Source: the human T2T-CHM13v2.0 reference genome, Homo sapiens. From it: 64,000 bases of DNA. Below, in pieces: positions 1-15,905 of the stretch (its first letter is position 1; each line of letters begins with the position of its first letter). The position numbers and the translations under genes were made by a program. The notes beneath the pieces were generated by a model. It did not search any database. It saw only the letters and a program-made list of their open reading frames with translations, and was not told where the DNA came from. The DNA is taken from NCBI RefSeq assembly GCF_009914755.1, contig NC_060947.1. One strand, given 5' to 3'.

Positions 1-233
1 GAATGCTCTATTTTATACAGAGCTGGATGTGACCTAGACATGGAGAAACTCATTTATGTCTAGCAGAGAAGCAGCCTATAGCTGCTCTGTAGCTGCTGCT
101 GTGTTTTGGAAAATAAGCCAGGATTAGATTATGTCTGATCACTTTCCACATCACATGATGAACAGCGATTCAGAAGAAGCGTAAAATGAATCCTGCTGAG
201 CAGCCCCTCAGCTACCATGTGGTTAACTGGCGG

Positions 234-267
234 TTTCCTTCCCTCCCTCCTGTGTATTCCTCATTAG
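234..267 (+). promoter_or_regulatory. Candidate 3' splice acceptor upstream of the first coding exon (exon 268-435 in transcripts with upstream non-coding exons)
   Basis: Long pyrimidine tract tttccttccctccctcctgtgtattcctcattAG, with a ttaac branch-like motif near 223. Confidence 0.6.
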
Positions 268-389
268 AATCTATGACTGAAGAGGATCGGCTAAGAGTGG
301 TTCCTCGCAGCTTAAAGGGAGGCACTTTTCACACTCTGTCTTAAAATCAGAAGTTGAATTCATGAACACATATGATTTAGATAGAAGTC

Positions 390-435
390 ATGGGATGCAG
401 CAGTTCTTCAACGAAAACCAGGAGATCTGACACAT
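390..435 (+). CDS. PPEF1: PPEF1 first coding exon (MGCSSSSTKTRRSDT + 1 nt); N-myristoylation/palmitoylation motif
   Basis: ATG at 390 in strong context (gtcATGG); translation matches the recalled PPEF1 N-terminus; donor T|gtgagt at 436; phase 1 joins exon 2 to give TCA (Ser). Confidence 0.95.
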
Positions 436-1990
436 GTGAGTACTGGGAATGTGCCTGTGGTTATGAATGAAAAGGGGAAAATGAGCTGCCCTCACCCTCT
501 TCTCCTTTCTCATTTACTCCCACGATGCTCAAGCTGCCCTGTGTGATTTGCACAAGGCATCGTTAGAGTAGCATAGGAAACTACATTTAGGAAGATGTAG
601 CTTTGAATTTATGAAGTACCATAAAGTATTGTCTTAGAGATATTTTGTGTTTGATTTAATTTCATTCGATAATGTACCAATATAAAATCTCAATTTAAAA
701 CTCAGTGGCAGGGAACAAGAAAGGCAGTGTAATTTATATGTGTTTCTTCAATACTTTTATAAATAGCTATATCCCTACTTTTGTGACATTTAGTAGCATC
801 ATTGAATTTTTATTGGATTTTATAACTCAATGATCACATTATTTCTATATCTATTCAACACAGAACTTCATGAGATTTGCATCACGTTTTAAAAATAATC
901 TAGGAGAATTGGGAGAATGCTAGATCATCTGTTTCCAAAAAAAAGGTGTATTGTTTCTAAATAGATGGCATGCCTTTCTGTACCCCCATATAATTAGAAG
1001 CTTAAATATTCACTTTGTTTATTTTGTACTGAGGTTCTTTCTCATGGCTATTGGCATCTAGTTGAAACAAACTTGAGCATTTAAGGGATAGAGTTTCCAA
1101 CAAGCAAATTAAAATAAAAACAAGTAAATAAGCTGGGACAATTAATATGAGTAATTTGCTCTTAAACTCCACTTCTTTGATGTCTAGGTTATAGGTAATT
1201 CCCCCAACTTCTATTCCACGTCTTGCCTTTGGAAGTTTATTCAGGCTTAAGGTGGAGGGTTTAGGATGCAGAGTGTGCTATACTAATTAGCGTGGGATGT
1301 TTTACTTTGGGAATCAAATGTTATTCTCCTACCCAGCTGACTTGTGCTGATGATGTAGGAAACTCATCTCTGAAAGTAGGAAGGGACATAGGAGGTGTAC
1401 TGACTCTTTCAAATCTTTAAGCATGTCATGAAATAAATCTTTCAAAAGCTCCATCTGAACTCTACTGCTGTAGTAGACGTTTATTAGCAGAGAGTAAAGA
1501 GAAATTATCTTTTTATATCTAGGATTACTCACAGTTCTTTAAATTTAGCCAAATTTCCTAGGTTAAAAAAAAAAAAGCCAAGTCCAACTTGTAAAAACAA
1601 ATCCTCTCTCTTTTTGAAATACTTTTCAACTTTTAAAACATTGCATGTAAGTGGAAATATTAGCTTAGATTTTTGGATTGCTTTTTCTTTCAAATACCTG
1701 TGATTTATTGAGGTGAAATTCACGTAACATAAAATTAGCCATTGTCAAGTGAACAACTCAGCAGCAGTTGGTATGTTCACAGTGTCGTGCAACCACAACC
1801 CCTATGTACTTCTGAGACATTTCCAACACTCCAAAGTAAAACCCCTTATCCATTAAGCACTTTCTCCTCTCAGCCCCTGGCAACCACAAATCTATATTCA
1901 GTCTCTATGGATTTATCTATTCTGGACATTTCATGTAAATGGAGTCATATATTATGTGACCTTTTGTGTCTGGCTTTGTCCATGTTGTAG

Positions 1991-2407
<417 letters not shown>

Positions 2408-3076
2408 TGTTTCAGCTTTTTGACTGTTATGAACAATGCTGCTGTGAACATATGTTTTCCGTTCTCTTGGGTATATACCTAGAAGTGGAATTGCTGGGTC
2501 ATACGGTAGCTTTATGTTTAACATTTTGAGAAATTTCCAAGCTGTTTTCCCAAGTGACTGCACCATTCTACATTCCTACCAGCAGTGTATAAAGGTTTCA
2601 ATTTCTCCACATTTTCAGCGATAGTTGTTATTGTCTGTCCTTTTGATTTTAGTCATCCTAGTGGGTATGAAGTGGTATCACACCATGGTTTTCATTTGTA
2701 TTTCAGTAGTGACTAATGACATTGAGCATCTTTTCATGTGTTTATTGGCTATTTGTATATCTGCTTTGGAGAAATGTCTATTCAGATCATTTACCCATTT
2801 TTAATTGAATTATTTATTTTTATATTGTTGTAAGATAAATTTATATATTCTAGATACAAGTTTCCTATCAAATATGTGACTTGCAAATATTTTCTCTCAT
2901 TTGTTGAATTCTCTTCATCCTTTCTTAATGGTGTTCTTTGAAGCACAAAAGTTTTTACTTTTGATGAAGTTCACTTTATTTTTTCTTTGGTTGCTTGTGA
3001 TTTTGGTGTCATATCTAAGAATCCATTCCCGAGTCCAAAAAGATTTTTGCTCACGTCTTACTTTAAGAGTTTTGTA

Positions 3077-3688
3077 ACAACTCAACAAGAAAAAAAAGAT
3101 AACTCCATTAAAAAGTGGGCAAAGGTCATGAACAGACATTTTTTCAAAAGAAGGCATACAAATGGCTAACAAACACACGAAAAAAATGCTCAACATCACT
3201 AATCATCAGGTAAATGCAAATTGAAACCATAATGAGATACCACCTTACATACCGGTCAGAATGGCTATTACTAAAAAGTCAAAAAATAAGAGATGTAGGC
3301 AAGGATGTAGGGAAAAGGGAATGTTTATCACTGCTGGTGGGAATGTAAATTAGTACAACCTCTGTGGAAAACATTATGGAGATTTCTCAAAGAACTAAAA
3401 ATAGAGCTACCAAACTACCATTTCATCCAGCAATCCCACCACGGAGTCTACCCAAAGGAAGTCATTATATCAAATAGATATCTACACTCTTATGTTTACC
3501 GCAGCACTATTTACAATAGCAAAGATATGGAATCACCGTAAGTGTTTTTCAATGGATGATTGGGTAAAGAAAATGTGTGGTGTATGTATATGTAAGTGTG
3601 TGTGTGTGTATATATGTGTGTGTGTGTATGTGTGTGTATATATACGTATATATGTATGTATGTGTGTGCATATATATATGTATATATA

Positions 3689-3719
<31 letters not shown>

Positions 3720-4086
3720 GCATGCCATGGAATACTACTCAGCCATAAAAAAGAATGAAATCATGTCTTTTGCAGCAACATGGATGGAACAAGAAGCCAT
3801 TATCCTAAGTGAAATTACTCAAAAAACAGAAAGTCAAATACCCCATGTTCTCACTTAAAAGTGGGAGCTAAATAATGTATACATATGGGCATCCAGAATA
3901 CAATAATAGACACTGGAGACTCAGAAAGCTGGGAGGGTGGGAGGGGGGTGAGGTATGAGAAATTACCTAATGAGTACAATGTATGCTACTTGGGTAATGG
4001 TTACGCTAAAAGCCCAGACTTCATTATACATGTAACAAAATTACACTTATACCCCCTAAATATATATGTTTTTAAAGGCCAAAAAA
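3077..4086 (+). mobile_element. 5'-truncated L1PB/L1MA-type 3' end nested in the older L1
   Basis: ORF2 C-terminal peptides ([35 protein letters not shown]), L1 3' UTR and A-tail; TSD agttttgta at 3068-3076 and 4087-4095. Confidence 0.9.
3573..3720. repeat. Compound (TG)n/(TA)n microsatellite inside L1
   Basis: Directly visible alternating tg/ta runs. Confidence 0.95.
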
Positions 4087-4369
4087 AGTTTTGTACTTTT
4101 AGCTCTTACTTTTAGGCATTTGAACCATTTTGAGTTGCTGATTTTCACGTATGGTGTGAGGTAGGAGTACAAATTCATTTTTTGCATGTGGATATCCAGT
4201 TGTCTCAGCACTGTTTGTTGAAAAGATTGTTCTTTCCCCATTGAATCCTCTTAGCACCATTGTCAAAAATCAATTGACCATAAATGTTGTTTATTTCTGG
4301 GCTCTCAATTCTATTCCAGTGATCTGTATGTCTTTCTTATGCCAGTACCAGTGTCTGGATTACTATAGC

Positions 4370-4667
<298 letters not shown>

Positions 4668-6041
4668 TACTATAGCTTTTTTTAATAAAGTTTTGAAATT
4701 GGGAAGTATGAATTCTTCAACTTTGTTTCTCTTTTTCAAGATTATTTTGGCTATTCTGGGTCCCTTACATTTCCATATGAATTTTAGAATCAATGTGTCA
4801 GTGTCTCAAAAGAAGCCAAGTGGAATGTTGAGAGGGGTTGTGTTGAATCTGTAGATCAATTTGGGGAGTATTGCTATATTAACAATTAAATAATCTGATC
4901 CATGAACATGGGATGTCTTTCCATCTATTTAGATCTTTAATTTCTTTCACCAGTGTCTTGTAGTGTTCAGAGTATAAGTTTTACACTTCTTTCCTTAAAT
5001 TTAACCTAGGTTTTTTATTCTTTTTGATGATATTATACATGGATTTTTGTTAATTTCATTTTTGGATTGTTTATTGCAAATGTTTAAAAATTGATTTTTG
5101 TATATTGGTCTTATATCCCAAAACTTTACTGAACTCATTAGCTCTAATAGGTTTTTAGTGGATATTTTAGGAATTTTTATTTACAAACCAGGTCATCTGC
5201 AAATATAGTTTTACTTGTTTCTTTCCAATGCCTTTTGTTTCATTTTCTTGCCTCCACTACAATGTCAAATAGAAATGCAAGAGTAGCCATCCTTGTCTTG
5301 TTCCTGATCTTAAGGGAGAAACATTCAGTGTTTCACCAGTAAGTCTTATATCAGCTGTGTCTTTTTCATAGATGCTCTTTCTCAGGTTGAGAAAACACAC
5401 TCCTATTCCTAGTTTATTGATTTTTTTATTATTACAAAGTGGTGTTTAATTTTGTCAAATGCTTTCTCTGCATGTATTGAGATGATCTTGTGGTTTTTGT
5501 CCTTTATTTTATGATATGGCATATAATGTTAATTAAATGGCACATTATGTTAATTGATGTTAAGCCAACTTCGCATTCCTAGGATAAATCCCCTTGATCA
5601 TGGTGTATAATGCTTTTTATATGCTGCTGAATTCAGTTTGCTGGTATTTTGTAGAGGAATCTTGCAACTATATTCATAAGAGATACTGATCTATAGTTTT
5701 CTTGTGATATCTTTGTCTGATTTAACTGTCAGGGTAATATTGGCCTCATAGAATGAGTTGGAAAGTGTTCCCTTCTCCTCCATTTTTTGGAAGAGTTCAT
5801 GAAGAATTGGTATTAATTCTTTAAATATTTGGTAGAATTCATCAGTGAAGCTATCTGGGCATGAGGTTTTCTTTGTGCGTAGTTTTTTTGATTACTTATT
5901 CTGTCTCTTGTTATATGACTATTTAGATTTTCTATTCCTTCTTGAGTCATTTGTGGTAGTTCTAGGAATTTGCCCATTTCATCTACATTATCTAATTTGT
6001 TGACATATACTTGTTCAGAGTATTCCCTTAAAATTCTTTTT

Positions 6042-6124
6042 TTTTTTTTTTTTTTTTTCTTTACTGCTCCATTGCTCCTTATGGAGCAGGGCAAACCCAT
6101 ATGGAGTGCGTCCAGAAGAGCCAT
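6042..6124 (-). mobile_element. Short poly(A)-tailed retrocopy of an unidentified ~65 nt RNA
   Basis: Poly(T) plus a unique GC-rich 65 nt segment, flanked by TSD ttaaaattcttttt (6028-6041, 6125-6138). Confidence 0.75.
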
Positions 6125-6842
6125 TTAAAATTCTTTTTCTTCTTTTATCTCTTGTTGGATATGCCAATCAAGGTTTATTATGAGTTCATAATAATAAATC
6201 TGCTGAAAGCTGATGCAGTGATGTTTACTTATATTTATTCATAGACAAACATTGTGTGCATAAAATTTTCTCTCATTCAGATATTTGGAAAAAATATAGA
6301 AAAGCAGTTGAAAATAATGAATACTCCCTCATCATTCCACTACCCAGAGATAATGACAACATTCTGATAATTTCCTTCAATGTATTTTTTGTATATTATA
6401 GATTTCTGATCATCCTAAATGTTAGTTTTTTGTAGCCTCACTTTCAGCACTAAAATGTTATGTAAACATTTCTCAAGTTGTTATAAATGCTTTGCAAACA
6501 TCATTTTAGTCATTGCTAAGTATTTTATTTGGTGAATAGGCCATAATATGCTTAATTATTCTTCAAATATTGGACCTTTTAATACTAATATAAATAACAC
6601 TTTGAAGAATTTCTTTGTGCAAAGCCTTTTCCTTATTTTGGATTATTTCTATATTCAGGTGATTAGATATGAAATTATCGTGTCAAGGGCTATAAATATT
6701 TTGAAAGCTCTTGATAGAAAATGATAGATATTATTTCCTGATTACTAACCATATTCCAAAGAGTGTTCAACATAATCTACATATGTTTTATCTAATCCTT
6801 GTAATAAACCTGAATAAAGGGTTATTATTCCTGTTTGTATAG

Positions 6843-7191
<349 letters not shown>

Positions 7192-7620
7192 TACTTGGTA
7201 AGTTTATGCAGCTTACAGCTGGCAGAGTTGGGATTTGAATTCAAGGAGTTTTGACGACAAAGTATTTTTTGCTGTCACCCATTACACCATTTTATGCCAC
7301 CTCTGAATGTTGCTGCTTCAGAAGCTAGCTTTAATTAAATTTACTTATATACAGTACCTTGTATTTGCATAGTGCTTTTCAAGTTGGCCAGGCCCTGTAA
7401 CATACGTTTGATCCTCACAGCCTTTTGAAGGGTTGTTCTCAGTTTGCAGAAAAGGAAATGAGGCTTTGAAAGGCAAAGTGATTGCCTCAAGGGAACACAG
7501 CAAGTCACAGAGCCAAGGCTCGTGCTTGATTCCTGTTTCCACTGGTCTGACTAGTGTTAAGGGTTTTTTGTCCTGCTAGGTCGTTCCACCTGACCACAGT
7601 ACTCTGCCTCTGGAGTATCA

Positions 7621-8184
<564 letters not shown>

Positions 8185-8872
8185 TCATTGTTATTTTATT
8201 TCTTTTGTGATATGTAGCAGGTAAGAGAGGACTAATAATAGCTATCATTTATTGAGTGCCTGCTACTCTCATTATTTCTTACCAAAACTCTTAAAGCTTT
8301 GATTAGTCTCCCTCGTTTTATAAATGAGGAAAGTGAGACTTAACTGCCCCAAGTTACACACTCATGGGTGGCAGAGCCTGAATTGGAACCAGATCTGGCA
8401 GATTCCAAAGTTCATGGCCCTTCTGATATGCTACCCTGACTTGGAGAATTGGAATTTATCCACATAACAGAAATTAAACATTGCAATTTCATTCTCCTGA
8501 ATTTCACTTGACACTTAAAATTTTATGTTAATGGTATTTCAATTAATAATCTATTGCCTTTTTGTTCCCATGGAGCACTTTGGAAACACTGATATATTTT
8601 ATTTCTTCCCTTGAGACCACTTAGAAATGTATTTATTCAATTTCTGTAAGTGCTAAGAGGCCGACAAAGACAATCCGTGCTTTTTTGGCTTTGTGGTTTG
8701 ATGCGTAAGCTGTGACAAATAGAAGTTTCTCTAAAGGAAATTGTTCCTTTCAAAAGTACTCATTCTTTATTTTATATGAAAAAAACTTAAAAATACTGAA
8801 TAGCAAACTAAATATTTCTTTAATTCTTGGTAAAACATCTAGTTAATTTAGCTGTTTAAAAATCAAACAATC

Positions 8873-9174
8873 GCCAGGCGCGGTGGCTCACGCCTGTAAT
8901 CCCAGCACTTTGGGAGGCCGAGGCGGGTGAATCACGAGGTCAGGAGATTGAGACCATCCTGGCTAACACGGTGCAACCCCATCTCTACTAAAAATACAAA
9001 AAATTAGCAGGGCGTGGTGGCGGGCGCCTGTAGTCCCAGCTCCTCGGGAGGCTGAGGAAGGTGAATGGCGTGAACCCAGGAGGCGGAGCTTGCAGTGAGC
9101 CAAGATCACACCACTGCACTACAGCCTGGGCGAGAGAGCGAGACACCATCTCAAAAAAAAAAAAAAAAAAAAAA
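8873..9174 (+). mobile_element. AluY-like element
   Basis: Diagnostic gagaccatcctggctaacacggtg and gaatggcgtgaacc; TSD aaaatcaaacaatc/aaaatcgaacaatc. Confidence 0.92.
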
Positions 9175-10029
9175 TCGAACAATCAAGCCATTCACAGCTG
9201 CTTGAGAGCCCCCCTCCCGGCTCTCCATCCCCATCTCCTTACTCCCAATTTGAAGTCCTTTACTGTGATGTATATTTCAGTTTGAGACCTTCATGGAAAA
9301 ATAACAAATGAAAATCTTTCATCTTTGGTGTTCCCTAAAGAATTTTCTCCAAGTTTAGAGGGCCTCTTGCCATTCTCCTTGCTATTGTTTGTCAGAGGGT
9401 TCTAGGTTATCATAGCCATCAAGCAGTCTTTACTGCCACCGTAGGGTATATTGAAAATCCCTGTGAACTCGGACCGTCCTCATTTTCCTCCTCAATGAAC
9501 TGCAGACAGAGAAGATGCTCTTTCAAGTCCATTGTCCCTCTAAGACTATCCGTATGCTCTGTAGCTGTGGGAGGGGTAGGTAGGGGAGGGCATTGATTTT
9601 CCTTCTGCCTCTCCTGCTCATTCCGCTAGCTATTGCTCATCAGCATCTTGACATGCTCGGTGACTTTCCTCTTTTTTTCCTTTTTCCTTTTTTTTTTTTT
9701 TGGTTTGTATATATATATATATTTTTTTCTCAAGCCATTTTGTTTTGCTTTTGTTTTCCTCCCCAAATATTTTTGAAAATTGCAAACCTACAGAGAAGAT
9801 GAAAGAATAGTACATAAACACCCGTTTGAAATAATTTGAAAATAAGCTGTAGACATTATGGAATTAACCTCTACGTACTTCAGCATGCATCTACTAAAAG
9901 AGGGATATTCTCTTATATAACTACAATACTAGATCACCCTGAAGAAATTTAACATTGATAGTGTAACATTATCTAACATGTAGTCCATATTCAGAATTTC
10001 CCAGTTGTCCAAAATTGCCCTTTGTAACT

Positions 10030-10520
10030 GTTCTTTCCTTCCCTTTAAAATAAGTCTTCTCTGGCCCTCTCATCCCCTCCAGTTCCTCTCGTCTCTCTCC
10101 TCCCCTTCAAGCTCGCTCCTTAGGGGTGCATTTGTACCCGCTGTCTCCTACCTCCTCTTTGATCCCAGCCCAGGGAAGATGATCTGACAGGTTCTTGAAT
10201 GACCTCGAAGTCCAATGGAGCATTTTCAGTGCTGATTTTGCTCACTTCCTGGCAGTCTTTGGCACTCCTGCCCACTCCCTTCTTACTACTCATTGCCCTT
10301 GGCTTCAGGGGCAACACATTCTCCTGGTTTTTCTTTTAGGTCTCTGCATGAACTATTTATGTGGACTCTACTTTCTCCTGGCTTTTAAATGTTGGGGCTC
10401 CTCTGGGTTCCCCCTTGGCTCTCTGGTTTTGTCACTCTAACACTCTCCTTGGATGCTTTTTCTAGTCCATGGCTTTGACATCAGTGTGTCAAGACTCCAA
10501 ATCTTTATTTTCAGCCCACA
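10030..10520. mobile_element. L2 fragment
   Basis: Pyrimidine-rich L2-like text (aatgacctc...tccaatgg...tggcttc...ctcctggttttt...gactccaaatctttattttcagccc). Confidence 0.6.
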
Positions 10521-10909
10521 TCATATGCTCTAATCCCTGTTTTATTGGGAATCATTTTAAATAAGTACTTTTCTTTGTAAAAGGAGACCATTTTCTTCAT
10601 CTGAAATCATGATTCCTCTCACTACCAATTCTTAGGTAATAGTCACCGTTTGATATGATAATGTGTTGGCCTGGAGGTTTGTATAGGATTGGTACTACAA
10701 ACACATTTAATGCCTGTATGAAACAGACAAAACAAAACAAACCCATCCCAACAACCTTTTTATTCTTTACACCAATTAAATACATCTTCATCTTTTTATT
10801 TGCTGTGTGATTAATTTACCTTTGCTTTAAAAATTTCAAGTATTTTGAGACTCTGATAGGGGCTATTTAGATATCCATTTTAGAATCGTGAACCTTTAGA
10901 AGGCAGAAA

Positions 10910-11225
10910 GGCCAGGTGTAGTAGCCATGTCTGTAATCCCAGCACTTTGGGAGGCTGAGGCGGGAGGATCACTTGAGGCTAGGAGTTTGAAACCAGCCTG
11001 GGCAACATAGCAATACCTCGTCTCTACCAAAGGAAAAAAAAAATAGCTGGACATGGTGGCTCGCACCTGTAGTCCCAGCTACATAGGAGGCTGAGGCAGA
11101 GGATCACTTGAGCCCAGGAGGATCACTTGAGCCCAGGAGGTGGAGGCTGCAGTGAACCATGATCGTACCACTGCACTCCAGCCCGGGCAACAGAGCAAGA
11201 CATTGTCTCAAAAAAGAAAAAACAA
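10910..11225 (+). mobile_element. AluJ with internal 19-bp tandem duplication
   Basis: AluJ diagnostics; ggatcacttgagcccagga x2 at 11101-11138. Confidence 0.9.
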
Positions 11226-11928
11226 AAACACACACACAACACAACACAAAACCCAAAGAGAGCAGAACCACCTCTTTGTTTAAATGATTTTTACTGGCTT
11301 CCAGCTTTACTAGGAAATTCACAAAGAAGCCAGCTTTCCAGTTGGGTCATGTTAATTGTTAGGAAATCTTGTTACAGAGAGACCTATTGCAACTAAGTGC
11401 AAGAAAGGACAATCCCTCAGCCCCAATTGCCAGTTATTTCCCATATTCAGAACGCTTTTCTTATATGATTATGGCTTTATATTTCATTAGCTTTTAGCAG
11501 CTGCAAAAGACAAAAATTTAATGCGGATCGTATTTGACCTTGGATGAACGAACATGGCAATATAACACAGATTAGTAATTAATAACGAGGGAGACATAAA
11601 ACAGAATTTGCAGTCAAGATATTATTTCCTGAGTGAAGATTAAAGGTTATTATTGAATTATTGAATAGAACACATTTCCTATGAGAGACTATTTTAATAA
11701 TTTAAAATGATAGGAATTCTTTTATATAGCAAAATTTCTTTTACATACTTAAGAATACAATAGTTTTTAAAAATTAATGTATTCATAATAATTCTTTTGG
11801 AAAATTGGCAAAACATAATATGGTAGGAAGGTTAACAGTTACTTGTAAACTATTCTCTTGGTCTGAGTGTTTTATTGAGTTGGCCTATTATTTTGGTATG
11901 GTATAAATGAAGCATCACATTTTCCTGA

Positions 11929-12282
<354 letters not shown>

Positions 12283-12892
12283 TAAGGAACCTTTCATGAG
12301 ATGGCTTTATGTCATCTTCATGTTGTTCCATTGCCCTGTTGAATCAAATAGGGCTTTAAATGGGCCATTTAAAAATCCTAATCCTAATAAATGTAGAAGA
12401 AATGAGTTCAAAAATCACTGTTTTGCAACCACCATAGAAATAATTGATTTAAGCAAAAATCATCAATGGATATTTTGGAGAACAGAATGTATACACAGTC
12501 TCAAAGCGTGTTCCTGCAAACTGTTTATTAATTGTAAAGAGGCAAACACTTCTACAGTAGAGAAGTTCACATGGACACCACCTTACCCAAGTGATCCAAG
12601 TTCGCTCAGTGATAATGAGACAGATGAGCACCACATGCCTTCTGATGTCCTAATGCACTGAGAAAGACATACCACTTATCCTGCCAAAATACACAACCTG
12701 AATCTCATCACGAGGAAAAGAGCAGACAGATCCAGATTGAGGGATGTTTTACAATCAACTGGCCTGTACTGTTTGAAAATTTCAGTGTCATTGAAGAGAA
12801 AGGCAGAGGAGTTGTTCCAGAATAAAGGAGACTGAAGAAATGACGATGGTATATGGAGAGAGAGAGAGAGAGAGACTAGTTATTAACAATTA

Positions 12893-13330
<438 letters not shown>

Positions 13331-15607
13331 TTAGCCCTTTCTTGTTTTTGCCATCTACCAACTTCATTCATTGAAGACTCTCCACCCACTCTGAGCCTCA
13401 TACTGGGTATCTTCACTGTACATGTGAATAAGCCCCAAATGCTTTGGTGTCTGAGTTCCTTGATCTCCTGAGCCCCAGAAACCCCCTCATCTCCTCAACT
13501 TCAGCTGCTCACTCCCATTTACTGGCCCCCATGGTCACCTGGAAAAGCCCCACCTCTGGAATCTTCATGATTATCATCCTATTCTCTGATTGCTTGGTCT
13601 TCTTTGAAACCTCTGAGCCTTAGATACTTCACATGTGTCTCTATCTCCCAGCCTCCAGTTTTATATAGATTTTGGGAATACAGGTGCATTTTTATTACAT
13701 GGATATACTGCGTGGTGGTGAAGTCTGAGCCAGCCCTCTCTTGTCTTCCCTTTCTTCCCCATCCATCTTCCCTCCATCTTTTGTTGGCTGTCACTTGAAC
13801 CAGTTAACAGATCATACACCTTAGTCATATTTTAGGCAGTTAAAAAAACTAATGTGTGAAATGTTTAGTGTTCCCAAACCAATTGCTAGCAAACTTTGGC
13901 TACAATTCCTTGATGGAAAAGCCAGAGATATTAGTAACTTGTATTTTTCTACAGGGATGATTCCGATTGATTGATTTATTTTCAAATAGCCTTTAGAATT
14001 TGTCTCCTTTGTCCAGAAGTTTCTGGTTTGAGTGTTCAGTTTTGCACATCATATCGTGCCCTTGGATGGTTATTTTCAGCTTTTCTATGTACAGTGATAG
14101 GTGGGCTGCAGCAATGGCACTAAAAACAAGTAGATGGATGAGTTAGAGTATTTGGTAACTGGAAAGAATCTTAGAGATCACACAGTCCAAAGTTCTCATT
14201 GTTTACATGAGAAACTGAGGACCTCGGAGTTTCGTTGATTTGCCTGAGGTTACTTAGCTGGCAACTGGGTAAGTCAGGGCCCAAATGGAAGTATCTCAAT
14301 GACAAAGTCAGAACTTATTTTTATTACCCCATGTGGATGGGGTTGGTGGGTACGAGAGTAAGTACATAGAATGTTGTAGAAATGACCTGTTATTCTCGCT
14401 CTTGTCTCACTGGAAGGCCAGAGGTTCCTGAGAATGACACAATTATGATCTCTTTTGTCCCTTAGGGAAAGTGATAGTTGTGTTTCAAATGCCTGACATT
14501 GTTTGGAGACTGGACTTCACACTTTACTCTCTTCTTTCAGAAAAGTGTCTCCCAGGGACAAGGCCTCTGTGTTGTGGCCTTGCTCTGCAGGGCTGCCAGA
14601 GTTTGTGGCTGAGCGAGCCTCATAAGGTGTCTGCCTTGCTTGCTGCCCAACAAGCAGGCTTTGTGTCTGTCTCATGTTCACTGGGCATGTGCTTTGAGCT
14701 GTTTTTCCAGTGAAGTCAGAAGTCTCACTGGGACAGCCGCACATTCTGGCAGATGGCAGATATAGAAAATCTGTAAACAAAAATAACAGTAATGAAGACT
14801 GTGGTCCTAGGCCAGAGTTCAGCCATATCCTCTTCTCATCATGCTTTGAACAGCTGAGGTTATAGATGCTTCTCCTCTTCGCTTAAAGCCTTTTGCTATT
14901 AGAGGATTCATTTTCTTTCCAGTTCATTCGAATTCATTTTAATCAGCTGTGTCGCACTTGTGCCTGGGTCTCTTCTTGCCTGGAGGCCAGGCCCCTTAAA
15001 GGTACATTAAATATTCGCTAATCCTGCTGCTTCCTCAGGATTCCTCTGCCAGAAGAATTTCAAAAGCAGAGAGCCTTTAAATACCTTATCATTCTGAATA
15101 TGAAATGTCTTGTTTGAAGAACTATCTGTCAAATAAACTCCTATTTAAAAACCAAAACCAAACCAAACATAAAGACTCTACCAGCCAGCACAAAGAGAAA
15201 TGTAAGACACAAAGTCTTAACTAAACAGTCATTTCATTTGTTCAACAAATATTTATTCCTGCTATGTTCCAGAGACTATTCCAGGCTCAGGAAATACAGC
15301 AGCTAACTCAACAGATCAAAATCCCAGCTCTTATGGAGATTACATTCTAGTGGAAAGACACAGACAATGACAAAGAAGTAAATATCACATGGTGATAAGT
15401 GCTATGGAGAAAAAATAAGGAAGGAGATAGGCGATGAGGGGAGAGGAGACCATGTAAGAAGGGGTGGTCAGGAAAGGCCTCCCGCAAAGGTGATGTCTGA
15501 GCAAAAGCTGCAGGCTCTAACTGCATGCACCTCAGTTGGCCGGGCTCTTCTTGCTCTAGGCTGTTGTGTTCGGAGATGGTAGCCTGTTTGTCCACAGTAA
15601 TTTGTGA

Positions 15608-15905
<298 letters not shown>

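Noticed and set aside
3492-3858. Cys/Val/Tyr-rich ORFs
   Set aside because: Translation artefacts of a (TG)n/(TA)n microsatellite within L1.
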